Below, piece by piece: positions 46,757 through 56,529 of a stretch of 64,000 nt of DNA. This DNA comes from a virus. Taxonomy: Duplodnaviria; Caudoviricetes. Under the pieces are notes generated by a model, which ran no database searches, was not told where the DNA came from, and saw nothing but the letters and a program-made list of their open reading frames with translations. Location: IMG/VR virus record IMGVR_UViG_3300029998_000597, one strand, 5' to 3'. The position numbers and the translations under genes were made by a program. Position 1 is the first letter of the stretch; each line of letters begins with the position of its first letter.

Positions 46757-47029
46757 TTATTTTATTATTAATAAGTTATTTTTATTTTCAGTACTCAAAT
46801 GAGTATCTACTTTGGGTTTAAATGTAAAAAATATTAATTCATTTAATTCATATACTGGTCCAGCAACTGATTTTATTTTAATAACTGGTTTAAACATTTC
46901 CCATTTGGAACCTCTACATTCTTGGATTATTATACAATTTTCAACAGTTCCAATCCAGTCACATTCCTTCTTATCACCATATTTGGAGATATATTTGAAG
47001 TTTTTACCTATTAAATCGTTCAGCTCCAT
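46757..47029 (-). CDS. hypothetical protein
   Basis: ORF in the - run. Confidence 0.65.
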   Translation of the reverse strand: MELNDLIGKNFKYISKYGDKKECDWIGTVENCIIIQECRGSKWEMFKPVIKIKSVAGPVYELNELIFFTFKPKVDTHLSTENKNNLLIIK

Positions 47030-47225
47030 ATATTATTATTTTGGTTTACAATTAATAAATTCTTTAGTATACACTACTTTATCGAATGAATATTCAGTAA
47101 TAAATTTACCGTAATTTCTTCGGTTATACCGTCTCCAACATATGGTATTTTTCGCTTTGAAATGTCACATATTAAACAAATATCAGTAAGTTCATCAAAT
47201 TTATGATAGTATTTCTCCTGACCCA

Positions 47226-47504
47226 CTATTCTTCAATTTTTAAAGCATAAACAGACGCATATTCATATAAGAATTTTGTTTTAACCATATCTGGATGCAT
47301 TTCAGGAAATTTTTCTTCCAAAGTGTTAATACATGAATGAAACCAGTTTTTATATTCATTTTCTGTTAATGTATAATTCTCTTGCCAATGAACACCGTTG
47401 ACGGATGCATTTTTAAACTTTTTAATGTCCTTAACGGTAATACTGTATTTTTCTAATGACTTGTTAATAATCAAATTCCTGATTTCTTCACATACAAACT
47501 CCAT
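47226..47504 (-). CDS. hypothetical protein
   Basis: ORF after the promoter. Confidence 0.7.
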   Translation of the reverse strand: MEFVCEEIRNLIINKSLEKYSITVKDIKKFKNASVNGVHWQENYTLTENEYKNWFHSCINTLEEKFPEMHPDMVKTKFLYEYASVYALKIEE

Positions 47505-47554
47505 AATGTTTTAATTTTTTAAATTGTTTTTATCTGTTTAATAATTTTATAATA

Positions 47555-47585
47555 CAAAGATAAGTAAATTAATTGATTTAAGCAA
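47555..47585 (-). promoter_or_regulatory. TTG-N20-TAnnTTTG promoter
   Basis: + strand CAAAGATA 47555, CAA 47583. Confidence 0.75.
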
Positions 47586-47596
47586 AACAATTAACC

Positions 47597-47857
47597 CTAA
47601 AATTGTTCTAATAATGAAATTATTTTTTTAGGTAGTTTCATATCTTGCATATCTTGTTTTATTATGATATTATCATCTTTTCGAACAATCATATATTCTA
47701 AACCAGCAGTTGGTAAAACTCTATATGTAACAATATAAAATTCATCCGTTTCATAGTAATGCTCATATAAATATATTTTGGTTAACTTTATCCACTTACC
47801 AATAATTGAGTCAGTTATAACCCTATCAGATTTTATTTTCTTCTTTATTAATTTCAT
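47597..47857 (-). CDS. hypothetical protein
   Basis: ORF in the - run. Confidence 0.65.
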   Translation of the reverse strand: MKLIKKKIKSDRVITDSIIGKWIKLTKIYLYEHYYETDEFYIVTYRVLPTAGLEYMIVRKDDNIIIKQDMQDMKLPKKIISLLEQF

Positions 47858-47866
47858 TAAAATTAT

Positions 47867-48052
47867 TTATTTTTCAAATATTACAATCATTTCATATGCA
47901 TTACTTGTTACATTTTTAAAAGGCTTCAATTGACTTGAAATAACCTTATAACCCATATTTCCCATTTCATTTAATTTATCCTCTAATATTTGATTATAAC
48001 GGGTTGTACCGTAAGGATATTCGAATATATGATATTTAAAATTACTTTCCAT
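47867..48052 (-). CDS. hypothetical protein
   Basis: ORF in the - run. Confidence 0.65.
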   Translation of the reverse strand: MESNFKYHIFEYPYGTTRYNQILEDKLNEMGNMGYKVISSQLKPFKNVTSNAYEMIVIFEK

Positions 48053-48055
48053 ATT

Positions 48056-48685
48056 TTAGTTTTCTAATTTTTTAAAATCTGTTTCTTTGATCATTTTACT
48101 GATTTTATTAGTATATTGTGGATCACTACCATAAACACCTGTTGATAAAAATCTTAGATATTCAGCCTGTGAAAGTGTATTTAAATTATTTTCAAACCCA
48201 TATATAATATAGTCCGTTACCGATTCTTTCCAATTACTATATTTCTGAAATTCACCGCTTTCTGCACCACCAACACAAACTCTTGAATTCGATATTTTCA
48301 TACCAAACAAGTTATTTGCTCTTAAATATAAAGGTGAACTGTAAGAAGATGATTCATGTTTAGCTTGACAAAATATAATTTCAGGGTTTCCAACCCTTGT
48401 TTTAAGAAGATACTGGTATAGTTTAGCATCCGAAATAGTCGAATCTTTTTTTATTGTTGTTAAAAATTCTTTAGGTGCCTTTATGACTAAATTTAATTTT
48501 TCATTCACCTCACTCGCTTTACCTATTAATAAGATAAAATTTGAAAGTAATAATACACCAAGACCAATAAATAACCAATTAGTCAAGGAAATTTTTTTAA
48601 CTAAAAAAGTAAAATACCCAAGTATGTATAATACCGAAACTGTTAGTACGCATAGTACCGTGAAAACTATAAATAAATTATTCAT
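48056..48685 (-). CDS. membrane-anchored glucosaminidase (GH73-like) peptidoglycan hydrolase
   Basis: Two TM segments; QAKHES, NNLFGMK, Y.NW.ESV.DY, Y..DP.Y. Confidence 0.75.
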   Translation of the reverse strand: MNNLFIVFTVLCVLTVSVLYILGYFTFLVKKISLTNWLFIGLGVLLLSNFILLIGKASEVNEKLNLVIKAPKEFLTTIKKDSTISDAKLYQYLLKTRVGNPEIIFCQAKHESSSYSSPLYLRANNLFGMKISNSRVCVGGAESGEFQKYSNWKESVTDYIIYGFENNLNTLSQAEYLRFLSTGVYGSDPQYTNKISKMIKETDFKKLEN

Positions 48686-48727
48686 TCTATATTTTTTATT
48701 TTTTAAATTAATACTATATCAATATAT

Positions 48728-49141
48728 TTATATTGACTTTTTGATTTCTCTGATTTGTTTTTCTAATTCTATGATTTGTTTTTCTTTCTCTTTTTCTGAT
48801 TTTTCATATTTAATATGCATATCTATCTCATCAGGAGTTGATCGTCTAATTTCTAATCCAATAAGCTCACAACACAAATGATCAGAATGATATACTATTT
48901 GGGCGAAATTACAACCATCTTCTTTAATAGTGGTAAGTATTTTAATCATTTCATCGATATAAACAGGGCAAATATGTTTATATAACCCACCGTTAATATC
49001 AATTTCAAAAAATGTGGAATCTTCATTCCTAGTATCTAAAGCATTCTCGACAGCTTCAAAATATTCGGTAGTTGCAATCACATCCGTCAAAGATGTTCTT
49101 GTTACAAAATAATCTGTTTTATCTTCATCTATTTTTTCCAT
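48728..49141 (-). CDS. hypothetical protein
   Basis: ORF in the - run. Confidence 0.7.
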   Translation of the reverse strand: MEKIDEDKTDYFVTRTSLTDVIATTEYFEAVENALDTRNEDSTFFEIDINGGLYKHICPVYIDEMIKILTTIKEDGCNFAQIVYHSDHLCCELIGLEIRRSTPDEIDMHIKYEKSEKEKEKQIIELEKQIREIKKSI

Positions 49142-49149
49142 AATATAAA

Positions 49150-49398
49150 TTATTTTTTTAATTCACTTTGATATGATTGAAGTAATTCATTCTCATATAC
49201 TAATAGTTCTTTAGCATATTCTGATGCCATATTAGCTGAATGTTTTTGTGAAAGAGTAGGTTTATTTGGCTTAACAGGATATTCACATATTGATCGTTCT
49301 ACATAAGTTAGTAAACCACTAAAACTATAATGAGAACCTTCGTTCGTGTACCACCAATTCTTTATTTCTTCAACCGTTTTAAATACTTTTTGTTCCAT
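49150..49398 (-). CDS. hypothetical protein
   Basis: ORF in the - run. Confidence 0.65.
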   Translation of the reverse strand: MEQKVFKTVEEIKNWWYTNEGSHYSFSGLLTYVERSICEYPVKPNKPTLSQKHSANMASEYAKELLVYENELLQSYQSELKK

Positions 49399-49412
49399 AA
49401 CATTTTTACTTT

Positions 49413-49661
49413 TTATTTGTTTAATTGATATAAATTTTCTAAAGCATCGAAAAATTTACCTTCATCAACTGTAGCTATATTATTATATGTGTTAACATAG
49501 CTAATAAGTCCACCACCAAAATCTCTTCGTTCATATCTCATATGAACCATTTCACCAACCAATACATTATGAGGTTCATACCATTCAATATATGTTCTTG
49601 GTCTATTTTCAATAACTATTTTAGCCTCTTCAAATACCCATTTAATTTCTTCTTTTTCCAT
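49413..49661 (-). CDS. hypothetical protein
   Basis: ORF after the promoter. Confidence 0.65.
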   Translation of the reverse strand: MEKEEIKWVFEEAKIVIENRPRTYIEWYEPHNVLVGEMVHMRYERRDFGGGLISYVNTYNNIATVDEGKFFDALENLYQLNK

Positions 49662-49688
49662 AATAAGTTATTATTTAATTTTATAATG

Positions 49689-49719
49689 CAAAGATAATTT
49701 AAATAATCGATTTAAGCAA
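49689..49719 (-). promoter_or_regulatory. TTG-N20-TAnnTTTG promoter
   Basis: + strand CAAAGATA 49689, CAA 49717. Confidence 0.75.
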
Positions 49720-50269
49720 TTATTTTAACATTATTTAGAATATCAATTACCTTTTGTGTACATATATCTGTTAAACCGTAACCGTAATCTATTTTATCTA
49801 TGTGATCATGGTTTTCGCTACATTGAACATAGTTATCTTTTTGGTTAAATAAAAAATCTGTGTCGTCGTCAACACAAGCCCACGATTCAATTTCTCCAAA
49901 TTTTTCACTTTCGTGATTGAGCCAATATTCTATTTCACACCCTCTTGGTATTGAATATCCACCAATTGATTCTGTTGGGTGCCTTGATAATTTATCATTC
50001 CAAAATTGAATAGAACCACCTTTTTGTAACCGTAGTGTAGGTGTCACATCAAGTATTTCCCCTGGATAATTTCTAAATCCCCACATATCTTGAATAAATT
50101 TTAAACCACTTTGTCTCCAAGAAGATGTAATTATGATCTTACAATCAGTCTCATCAATTATTCGTTTAAGATTTGACACAAAATGTTTATGAAATATCGA
50201 ACCAAAATCATCAAATCCTTCGGGTATAACGTTTAAAACACCATCAAAATCAAGAAATAGGTACTTCAT
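49712..50269 (-). CDS. HAD phosphatase, Swiss-Army-Knife RNA-repair type (HAD_SAK_2-like)
   Basis: FLDFDGVLN, ITSSWR, RGCEI..WL, VDDD. Confidence 0.8.
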   Translation of the reverse strand: MKYLFLDFDGVLNVIPEGFDDFGSIFHKHFVSNLKRIIDETDCKIIITSSWRQSGLKFIQDMWGFRNYPGEILDVTPTLRLQKGGSIQFWNDKLSRHPTESIGGYSIPRGCEIEYWLNHESEKFGEIESWACVDDDTDFLFNQKDNYVQCSENHDHIDKIDYGYGLTDICTQKVIDILNNVKIIA

Positions 50270-50295
50270 AAATTTTACATATTTAAATTATATTA

Positions 50296-50326
50296 CAAAT
50301 GTACTTTAATTTATTGGTTAAAACAA
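50296..50326 (-). promoter_or_regulatory. TTG-N20-TAnnTTTG promoter
   Basis: + strand CAAATGTA 50296, CAA 50324. Confidence 0.85.
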
Positions 50327-50341
50327 GTCAATTAACTTTAT

Positions 50342-51328
50342 TTAAATAATATGCTCTTTTCTATTTCCTTTAGCATCAAAAATAAGAAATTCATGCGGAA
50401 AGCCACCTCTGATAACGGCATCTTCTTTCATTTTAATTAAATCAACGTTTAATTTTATTGTGTAAGTTGATTTTACTTCGTATATTTTATTCTCACTTTT
50501 AATATAAATGTCTGGAAAGTATCTTCTATTCTTATTTACTTTTAAATCGTAAAACATAATTTTTCCTATTATATTTTCGATTTCTTTATTACCTATCACA
50601 ATATCATCTTCTACATATCCATTGGCTAACAAATATTGTAACCCATAATGTTCATAACCTTGATAACTTACTATTCTTCCAGATGGAAGAGTATATTTTT
50701 TTGCACATATTCCAGTTAAAAATTTTTTATCCATAATTTCCGCAACTTGACTAATATTAGTAATATTGTCTCCATATTTTAATTGTAATTTCTTAATTAT
50801 TTTATTCTTAATCTTAGTAGACTGGAGCGCATATTCGACACCGTAGTGTAATTTACAAGTAGTGATTTTCTGTTTTTTAATAATCTCAGATTGTGATATA
50901 TTATCAACACCATAAACCCTAAGTGAAGATTGTTTTTTCTGTTCTTTAATTTCTTTAGATTGCGAAATATTATCAACACCATATTTTTTTATTGCTGATT
51001 GTTTCTTTTTTTCTTTAATTTCTTTTAATTGAGAGAAATTAGTAACCCCAAATTCATCTTTTAAATTTCTATTTGTTTTTCTCATTTTACATTTACTAGA
51101 ACATACAAATCCCTTTTTACAGTTCATATATTGTTTAAAAGGTACATCCACAATTTTTCCACATTCAGAGCAAACACACTTAACTCTTTCAGATGTTGAA
51201 GGGTTTAGATTACTTGAGGTTACAGTTATAATTTCGCCATAAACACAATTATACCCAATTTTTTTATAATAGCTAATATTTCTTCCATATATTTTTATTT
51301 GATGCGTTTGTTCTATTAGATTATCCAT
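50342..51328 (-). CDS. KYGVDN-repeat homing-type endonuclease, PD-(D/E)xK C-terminus
   Basis: About 23-aa repeats (K/V/H)YGV.N.SQ; YFPDIY..EVKS; TATTTATA at 51342-51349. Confidence 0.65.
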   Translation of the reverse strand: MDNLIEQTHQIKIYGRNISYYKKIGYNCVYGEIITVTSSNLNPSTSERVKCVCSECGKIVDVPFKQYMNCKKGFVCSSKCKMRKTNRNLKDEFGVTNFSQLKEIKEKKKQSAIKKYGVDNISQSKEIKEQKKQSSLRVYGVDNISQSEIIKKQKITTCKLHYGVEYALQSTKIKNKIIKKLQLKYGDNITNISQVAEIMDKKFLTGICAKKYTLPSGRIVSYQGYEHYGLQYLLANGYVEDDIVIGNKEIENIIGKIMFYDLKVNKNRRYFPDIYIKSENKIYEVKSTYTIKLNVDLIKMKEDAVIRGGFPHEFLIFDAKGNRKEHII

Positions 51329-51472
51329 AATTTTCTTTTACTATAAATAGTAAGAAAATTATTTTTCTTCTAAATCATCATCAATTATTATATACTATTT
51401 TTACACATAAAAAAGACTCACAAAAGCAAGTCTATTAAGTAATTTTAATATTTTATTTTAATAATGATGATA

Positions 51473-52345
51473 TTATAGCGGTGTGTTGTCTGTTCCAGAA
51501 TAAAGAACTATTTTATCAATAACAGCTTGGGTTATTTCATCAATGGTTTTCATTGGTTTATTTTTTCCTTTGATTTTAATATAGTTTGTTTTATTTACAT
51601 ATCTTCCGCCCATTGGTGAAAAAGACATTTCAGTATCGACATTCTTTTGGTTAAAAACAATATAAAAATCACCGCTCATATAATCTAAGATTGGAAATCT
51701 ACCTGTAAGTATATTTTTTAAACTAAGAAATACTTGATCGTGAATTTGTGTAAACATAGCTTCCGATACAACCCTTGGTCTATTTTTATTCTGAGCTCTT
51801 GCAACCTCAATATCATTAATTATCCATACAATATGAATATTTTCCATTGAATAACCATATTCAACAACTTGATTTGAAACATATTCTAATTTTGCTAAAT
51901 TTGCGAGGGTAACATCAAAAATCAAATTAGGTTTATTTTCTCTTCCAACCATTGCATTTAATAAATTTTCAACTTGCTTATCGGCAATTTGTAGTTCTTT
52001 GAATACATCGTGTAGAAATGAAACGTCATAAGGATTACGTAAATCAAGTTCAGTAATATCTCTACCTGTTAAACTTAAAACCTTGTCTTTAATCAACTTA
52101 CTTCTTATACCAAGAGATTTTAGTTGGTCTACATCAAAAACTTTCCCCTGTATACCAACAAGATTATTTAATACAAATCCTTTACCAACCCCCGTACCAC
52201 CAGCTAAGATAACAACCTGATCGTAATTAGGTCTTCCACTACCGAATGTGATAAGGTCTTCAGTTATGAATTGTTTTTCTTTTATTTCCTGAATTCCGCT
52301 TCTAACAAGTTTTGCTATGTTTTCTCTTAAGGTTTCTTTTTTCAT
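51473..52345 (-). CDS. P-loop kinase (zeta/AAA_33-like)
   Basis: ILAGGTGVGKG, FDVD, LIFDVT, RAQN..RPRVV. Confidence 0.65.
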   Translation of the reverse strand: MKKETLRENIAKLVRSGIQEIKEKQFITEDLITFGSGRPNYDQVVILAGGTGVGKGFVLNNLVGIQGKVFDVDQLKSLGIRSKLIKDKVLSLTGRDITELDLRNPYDVSFLHDVFKELQIADKQVENLLNAMVGRENKPNLIFDVTLANLAKLEYVSNQVVEYGYSMENIHIVWIINDIEVARAQNKNRPRVVSEAMFTQIHDQVFLSLKNILTGRFPILDYMSGDFYIVFNQKNVDTEMSFSPMGGRYVNKTNYIKIKGKNKPMKTIDEITQAVIDKIVLYSGTDNTPL

Positions 52346-52378
52346 GGTTTGTTTTATTTGTTATTATTTTTAATGTTA

Positions 52379-52409
52379 CAAATTTATTAATAAATACTCA
52401 ATAAACCAA
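52379..52409 (-). promoter_or_regulatory. TTG-N20-TAnnTTTG promoter
   Basis: + strand CAAATTTA 52379, CAA 52407. Confidence 0.65.
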
Positions 52410-52424
52410 ATAAATAAACACATT

Positions 52425-52814
52425 TTAAAATAATGCTAAAATTTCAATATCCAATGCGATATTAATAGCCTGTTCCATTCCTTTATATCTATCTTCATCG
52501 GGATAAGTTTCGTTAATTTCAACAACATCTTCCAATGCCATTGTTGAAACACATACGAATCCTTTCCATTCATTTAATGAAACAGTTTCAACACCAACAA
52601 TTAACTTATACTCATTGTATAACCAATTAATCACTTGTTGATGTAATGGAGCTGAACACATTAAAGTTTCAGTTCTATTATAGTTTTTAGAGTTAAAAAT
52701 ATCTGAATACGTTGATAGCATACCGCAGTTATCGTAACAAGCAAAACAAGGTTCAGTAAAACCAAGCCTTTTTAGTTTCTTTGCAATTTCAAGTGAGACA
52801 AATTCTTTATTCAT
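52425..52814 (-). CDS. conserved phage hypothetical protein
   Basis: VSLEIAKKLK.LGF.EPC; SAPL.QQV..W. Confidence 0.75.
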   Translation of the reverse strand: MNKEFVSLEIAKKLKRLGFTEPCFACYDNCGMLSTYSDIFNSKNYNRTETLMCSAPLHQQVINWLYNEYKLIVGVETVSLNEWKGFVCVSTMALEDVVEINETYPDEDRYKGMEQAINIALDIEILALF

Positions 52815-52826
52815 ATATTTATTTTA

Positions 52827-53150
52827 TTATTTTTTCATTCTTTTTGAATTATCAAATAGTCTAAAGTATTTCATACCATCAACCCCTGGGTTACAAAATA
52901 TCATTGTAAAATCATCACCAACATAAACCCATTGGTTGTAAAATCTTTGCTTGTAAATTTCATCAACATAGTAGCCACCATCTTCAGAGTCAAACTCCTC
53001 ATATGTGTCAGCATAATATACACTATCACCATCCTCATCCCAATACCTATTTAATTGATCATCTAAAGGATAAATCACCCAATCTTCTACAAACCCAACA
53101 TGATCGTATATTTTCTGTAATGATTCTAAATAATTTTTAATTAATTCCAT
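52827..53150 (-). CDS. hypothetical protein
   Basis: ORF in the - run. Confidence 0.7.
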   Translation of the reverse strand: MELIKNYLESLQKIYDHVGFVEDWVIYPLDDQLNRYWDEDGDSVYYADTYEEFDSEDGGYYVDEIYKQRFYNQWVYVGDDFTMIFCNPGVDGMKYFRLFDNSKRMKK

Positions 53151-53490
53151 GATTTATTTTATTATTTTTATAATATTTTGTTATTTGTTTAAAACGCTCT
53201 GGCCAACGATCAATTAGATGTATGTTATCAAAATCAATTTTTATTTTTATTGCTGGATGGTTAACGTATTTGGTGATGAACCTTTTTCTTCTATCAATTG
53301 AGTTTACTGTATTTGTAAAATTACAATTTATATCACAACTATAAATAAATACAAATTCACTATACCTTGAAATGCCAGTTTTTAAATCATGTAAATTAAC
53401 GAATCCCAAATCATGTTTACCTAATTTTATCATTCCCAGGTAATTAGATTCAAATATTTTACGATATTCAAGGTATTTTTCCTTTTTCAT
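53137..53490 (-). CDS. hypothetical protein
   Basis: ORF in the - run. Confidence 0.65.
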   Translation of the reverse strand: MKKEKYLEYRKIFESNYLGMIKLGKHDLGFVNLHDLKTGISRYSEFVFIYSCDINCNFTNTVNSIDRRKRFITKYVNHPAIKIKIDFDNIHLIDRWPERFKQITKYYKNNKINHGIN

Positions 53491-53498
53491 TATTATTA

Positions 53499-54200
53499 TT
53501 ATAGTTCTAATATTAGACAGTTTTCTTTATAGCCTAAGCAATCAATAAAATATATTTCACCATAATTTTTATTTATATAATATGAAATATCTTTAACTCT
53601 ATTATGCCCAACAACCTGAATAACTCCTTTTAATGATTTATTAAGTTCACTTTTATCAGCCCAAAATATACCACCAACATCTTTCCACCCACCCCTAATT
53701 TTACCAACTTGATATAATGCATTTAACTGATTTTCATCTTTCGGATTATTTAGTTGATCAGCTACGTTTAGTGTGATATCACCTTTAAACTCGTTTATAA
53801 ACCAATTATGTTGTATTCCAGCGTGAGTCGCAACCACATTTTTATATTGCCAAGCGTTTTGGAATAAATCTTTATTGAAAGAATATAGGTCGTTTAGTTC
53901 CATCGCAATACTTTCCCTAAAACGAGAACATTTAAATATTGGATAGTTTAAATACCAGTAACTTAAATCGTGGTTCCCTTTTAGGACAATAACACTATTC
54001 ATATTTTTACGTTTGAAATCAATAATGTCTTGAAAATTTTCAATCATTTCTTCATCAGAAATAACCATACCCATATCATTATCAACATAGTCACCAGAGA
54101 ACACGAAAAAGTTAATGGTTGGATCTTTTATGAATTTTTTCCAAACAGATTTTCCGTGGATGTCCCCTATGAAACATATTTTAATAGTGTCGTTATTCAT
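53499..54200 (-). CDS. metallophosphoesterase
   Basis: GDIHG, GDYVD, GNHD, THAG, VGH. Confidence 0.85.
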   Translation of the reverse strand: MNNDTIKICFIGDIHGKSVWKKFIKDPTINFFVFSGDYVDNDMGMVISDEEMIENFQDIIDFKRKNMNSVIVLKGNHDLSYWYLNYPIFKCSRFRESIAMELNDLYSFNKDLFQNAWQYKNVVATHAGIQHNWFINEFKGDITLNVADQLNNPKDENQLNALYQVGKIRGGWKDVGGIFWADKSELNKSLKGVIQVVGHNRVKDISYYINKNYGEIYFIDCLGYKENCLILEL

Positions 54201-54414
54201 TACAGATAGTTATAATTGGGTCTGTATTAGTTTCAATAACGCCAATACCAGCTTCCTTCATTAATCTTTTAGCTCTTTCCATATATACTGACATATGTTT
54301 CATACCAACTGTTGGTGGGCCAATAATTAATTCTAATTCAGTTGGATTAATCCCATTTGATAATATATTATCAATATCGATTATTCCAGTTTTAATATTA
54401 TTATTATTTTTCAT
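54193..54414 (-). CDS. hypothetical protein (possible helicase fragment)
   Basis: GI..ID.IL..G....EL.LI.GPP.VG resembles a RecA/DnaB Walker A lead-in but is truncated. Confidence 0.5.
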   Translation of the reverse strand: MKNNNNIKTGIIDIDNILSNGINPTELELIIGPPTVGMKHMSVYMERAKRLMKEAGIGVIETNTDPIITICNE

Positions 54415-54416
54415 TA

Positions 54417-54662
54417 TTATAATTTTCTTAATTCATTTAATTGGTTCATAGCATCCATAATTTTTTTATTAAATTCTACGGAATAGCAATCAGAACCCCA
54501 AGTATCTGGATTAATAACCACCAATAATGACTTATAGGCATCTAATATGTGTTCTCTTGCATTTTCCAATGCATCATCTGCTGTCGTCCTTACGCTCATA
54601 ATATTTATTTTTTTATAATTTATTTTATGTGACAAAAGTAAATAATTTAATTGATATATCAA
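54417..54662 (-). CDS. hypothetical protein (likely start 54599)
   Basis: ORF in the - run. Confidence 0.6.
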   Translation of the reverse strand: MIYQLNYLLLSHKINYKKINIMSVRTTADDALENAREHILDAYKSLLVVINPDTWGSDCYSVEFNKKIMDAMNQLNELRKL

Positions 54663-54687
54663 AATATTTTAACAAATATCATATAAT

Positions 54688-55092
54688 TTAATCAGTCCAC
54701 ATTTGGTCACAGGATTTACATTTCGTGTGTTTTAATACAAATGAGTGAAGGTGTTTTGAATTACAAAATGGGCAAGTATCATTATAGTTTAATACTTCTT
54801 TTTTATATATTTCGATTAAATCTGATATTTCTAATTTTTTCGGTGGTGTGATTGTTGTGTTATAAATATTAAATTCTCCAACATAATTTTTTTCAAGCCA
54901 TCTACCGAAATCACCCATTTGTACATCGCTAATAGCTTGTTTGTTTACTTTTTTTTGTATTTTAATCACATTTAATTTAGTAAAAAATCGTTTAATTGGA
55001 AATATTTCAAAACTTGCACCACCTATTGATACTTTAACACCATACCAAGAGATCACCAAGATAAGTCCTATAAATATTATTAGTTCTATCAT
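54688..55092 (-). CDS. TM protein with C-terminal zinc ribbon
   Basis: N-terminal TM; CPFC..CKSC. Confidence 0.65.
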   Translation of the reverse strand: MIELIIFIGLILVISWYGVKVSIGGASFEIFPIKRFFTKLNVIKIQKKVNKQAISDVQMGDFGRWLEKNYVGEFNIYNTTITPPKKLEISDLIEIYKKEVLNYNDTCPFCNSKHLHSFVLKHTKCKSCDQMWTD

Positions 55093-55808
55093 TTTTCTAA
55101 TGTATAATAAAATGGATGATAGATTGGTTGGTAATCTTCATCTTTGATCGAAACGTTTACACATTTTCCACCATTAAATTCATATGGTATATGGCTACCA
55201 CTATGTATATGACCACAGCATAGAAATTTATATTTGATTTGTTGCAATCTTTTTGCTAAAGGTTTATTTCCAATATGCGTGATTGGTTCATTTAAATTAT
55301 ATTGTTCCAAAATAACATCAACTTCACCAACACCATAAGGCGGGTCATGAGAAATAATTATATCAACTTCATCTGGAATTTTCAGAAATTTGAAATACAT
55401 ATTATCATCTGGTATCATAAATACCCAACCAGAACTAAATATGTGACAATAAGGCGTTCCAAAAATCACCCAAGAACAACCGTTATCATCAACGTGGTTA
55501 AATGTTTCGTTTTCTAAATATTTAAGTTTTCCGCCAAATAATTTTTCAAAAAAATATTTTTCAGTATCAGATAAACCCTCTAACGCAAAATCATGATTAC
55601 CAGCCACAAGGAATACTTTCTTAACTGGTAAATTATTGACCCATTCGAGAAACGTTGTTTCAAGCCAAATTTTCGTTTTAGGTTTATTACGTTGAATATT
55701 TAAAGGAGAAATATCCCCACCGATGATCATTATATCAGCTTCTTCGGTTATTTCAGGTAGATACCCGTGAAGGTCGGAAATTGCAACAATTGAAAGTTTA
55801 TTTTTCAT
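55089..55808 (-). CDS. metallophosphoesterase
   Basis: SDLHG, GGDI, AGNHD, SHDPP, CGHIH. Confidence 0.85.
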   Translation of the reverse strand: MKNKLSIVAISDLHGYLPEITEEADIMIIGGDISPLNIQRNKPKTKIWLETTFLEWVNNLPVKKVFLVAGNHDFALEGLSDTEKYFFEKLFGGKLKYLENETFNHVDDNGCSWVIFGTPYCHIFSSGWVFMIPDDNMYFKFLKIPDEVDIIISHDPPYGVGEVDVILEQYNLNEPITHIGNKPLAKRLQQIKYKFLCCGHIHSGSHIPYEFNGGKCVNVSIKDEDYQPIYHPFYYTLEK

Positions 55809-56509
55809 TAATATTTTAACAATTTATGATATAATTCGTTTATTGTATTTTTTAATTTCGAAAACTTAATCTCATTACCCAAATAAATATTTTTATTTAC
55901 TTCAATCATAATAGATTTTAAGTTTTTATTTAAATATTTTGATGGATATATTGATCCTGAAAACGGATAATTTATCTTAAATTTATACCCATTATCAATA
56001 AAATGATTTATAATAGACCATAATGTTTCAGGACCTGGGTCATTTTTATCATAATTAACCCCAATACATATATCTGGCTCATTTTCATTCGTTGGTGTAA
56101 AAGAATGACAATCAATGATTAAACAAGAACCATTTTCCGCAATAAGTTTTTGGGAAATATAGTTTAATTTTGAGTGATGCTCATTGTAAACTAATTTAAT
56201 ATCATCCTTTGAGTCGGTTCTATTAATTAATGAACCATCAGAATATTGTTTATAATATACACCCTGTCCAATTAGTGACATTGGTTCTTTTTTGTCATCC
56301 CAATATCTTTCCACATCACAATAAAACCGACTATAAATAAATTTTAATGTTTTAACATTTGTAGTTACTGGGTGGTAAAATAAGTCATCAACTAATAAAT
56401 CTGTTTGAATAACAACATTTCCCATTAATGTGTAGTCATTAATATTTCCAAAAGAATCTGGAATGTAAGTACTTGAATGGGGGATGTGTAATAATAGGCT
56501 TTGAAACAT
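55808..56509 (-). CDS. N-formylglutamate amidohydrolase family
   Basis: HIPHSS, SRFYCDVER, IDCHSF, DICIG, MIEVN. Confidence 0.85.
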   Translation of the reverse strand: MFQSLLLHIPHSSTYIPDSFGNINDYTLMGNVVIQTDLLVDDLFYHPVTTNVKTLKFIYSRFYCDVERYWDDKKEPMSLIGQGVYYKQYSDGSLINRTDSKDDIKLVYNEHHSKLNYISQKLIAENGSCLIIDCHSFTPTNENEPDICIGVNYDKNDPGPETLWSIINHFIDNGYKFKINYPFSGSIYPSKYLNKNLKSIMIEVNKNIYLGNEIKFSKLKNTINELYHKLLKY

Positions 56510-56529
56510 TATAAATTTAAATTTTTATA

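Noticed and set aside
50890-50990. Direct repeats ATATTATCAACACCATA 69 nt apart
   Set aside because: They are in-frame coding repeats (YGVDNISQ) of the endonuclease, not an array.
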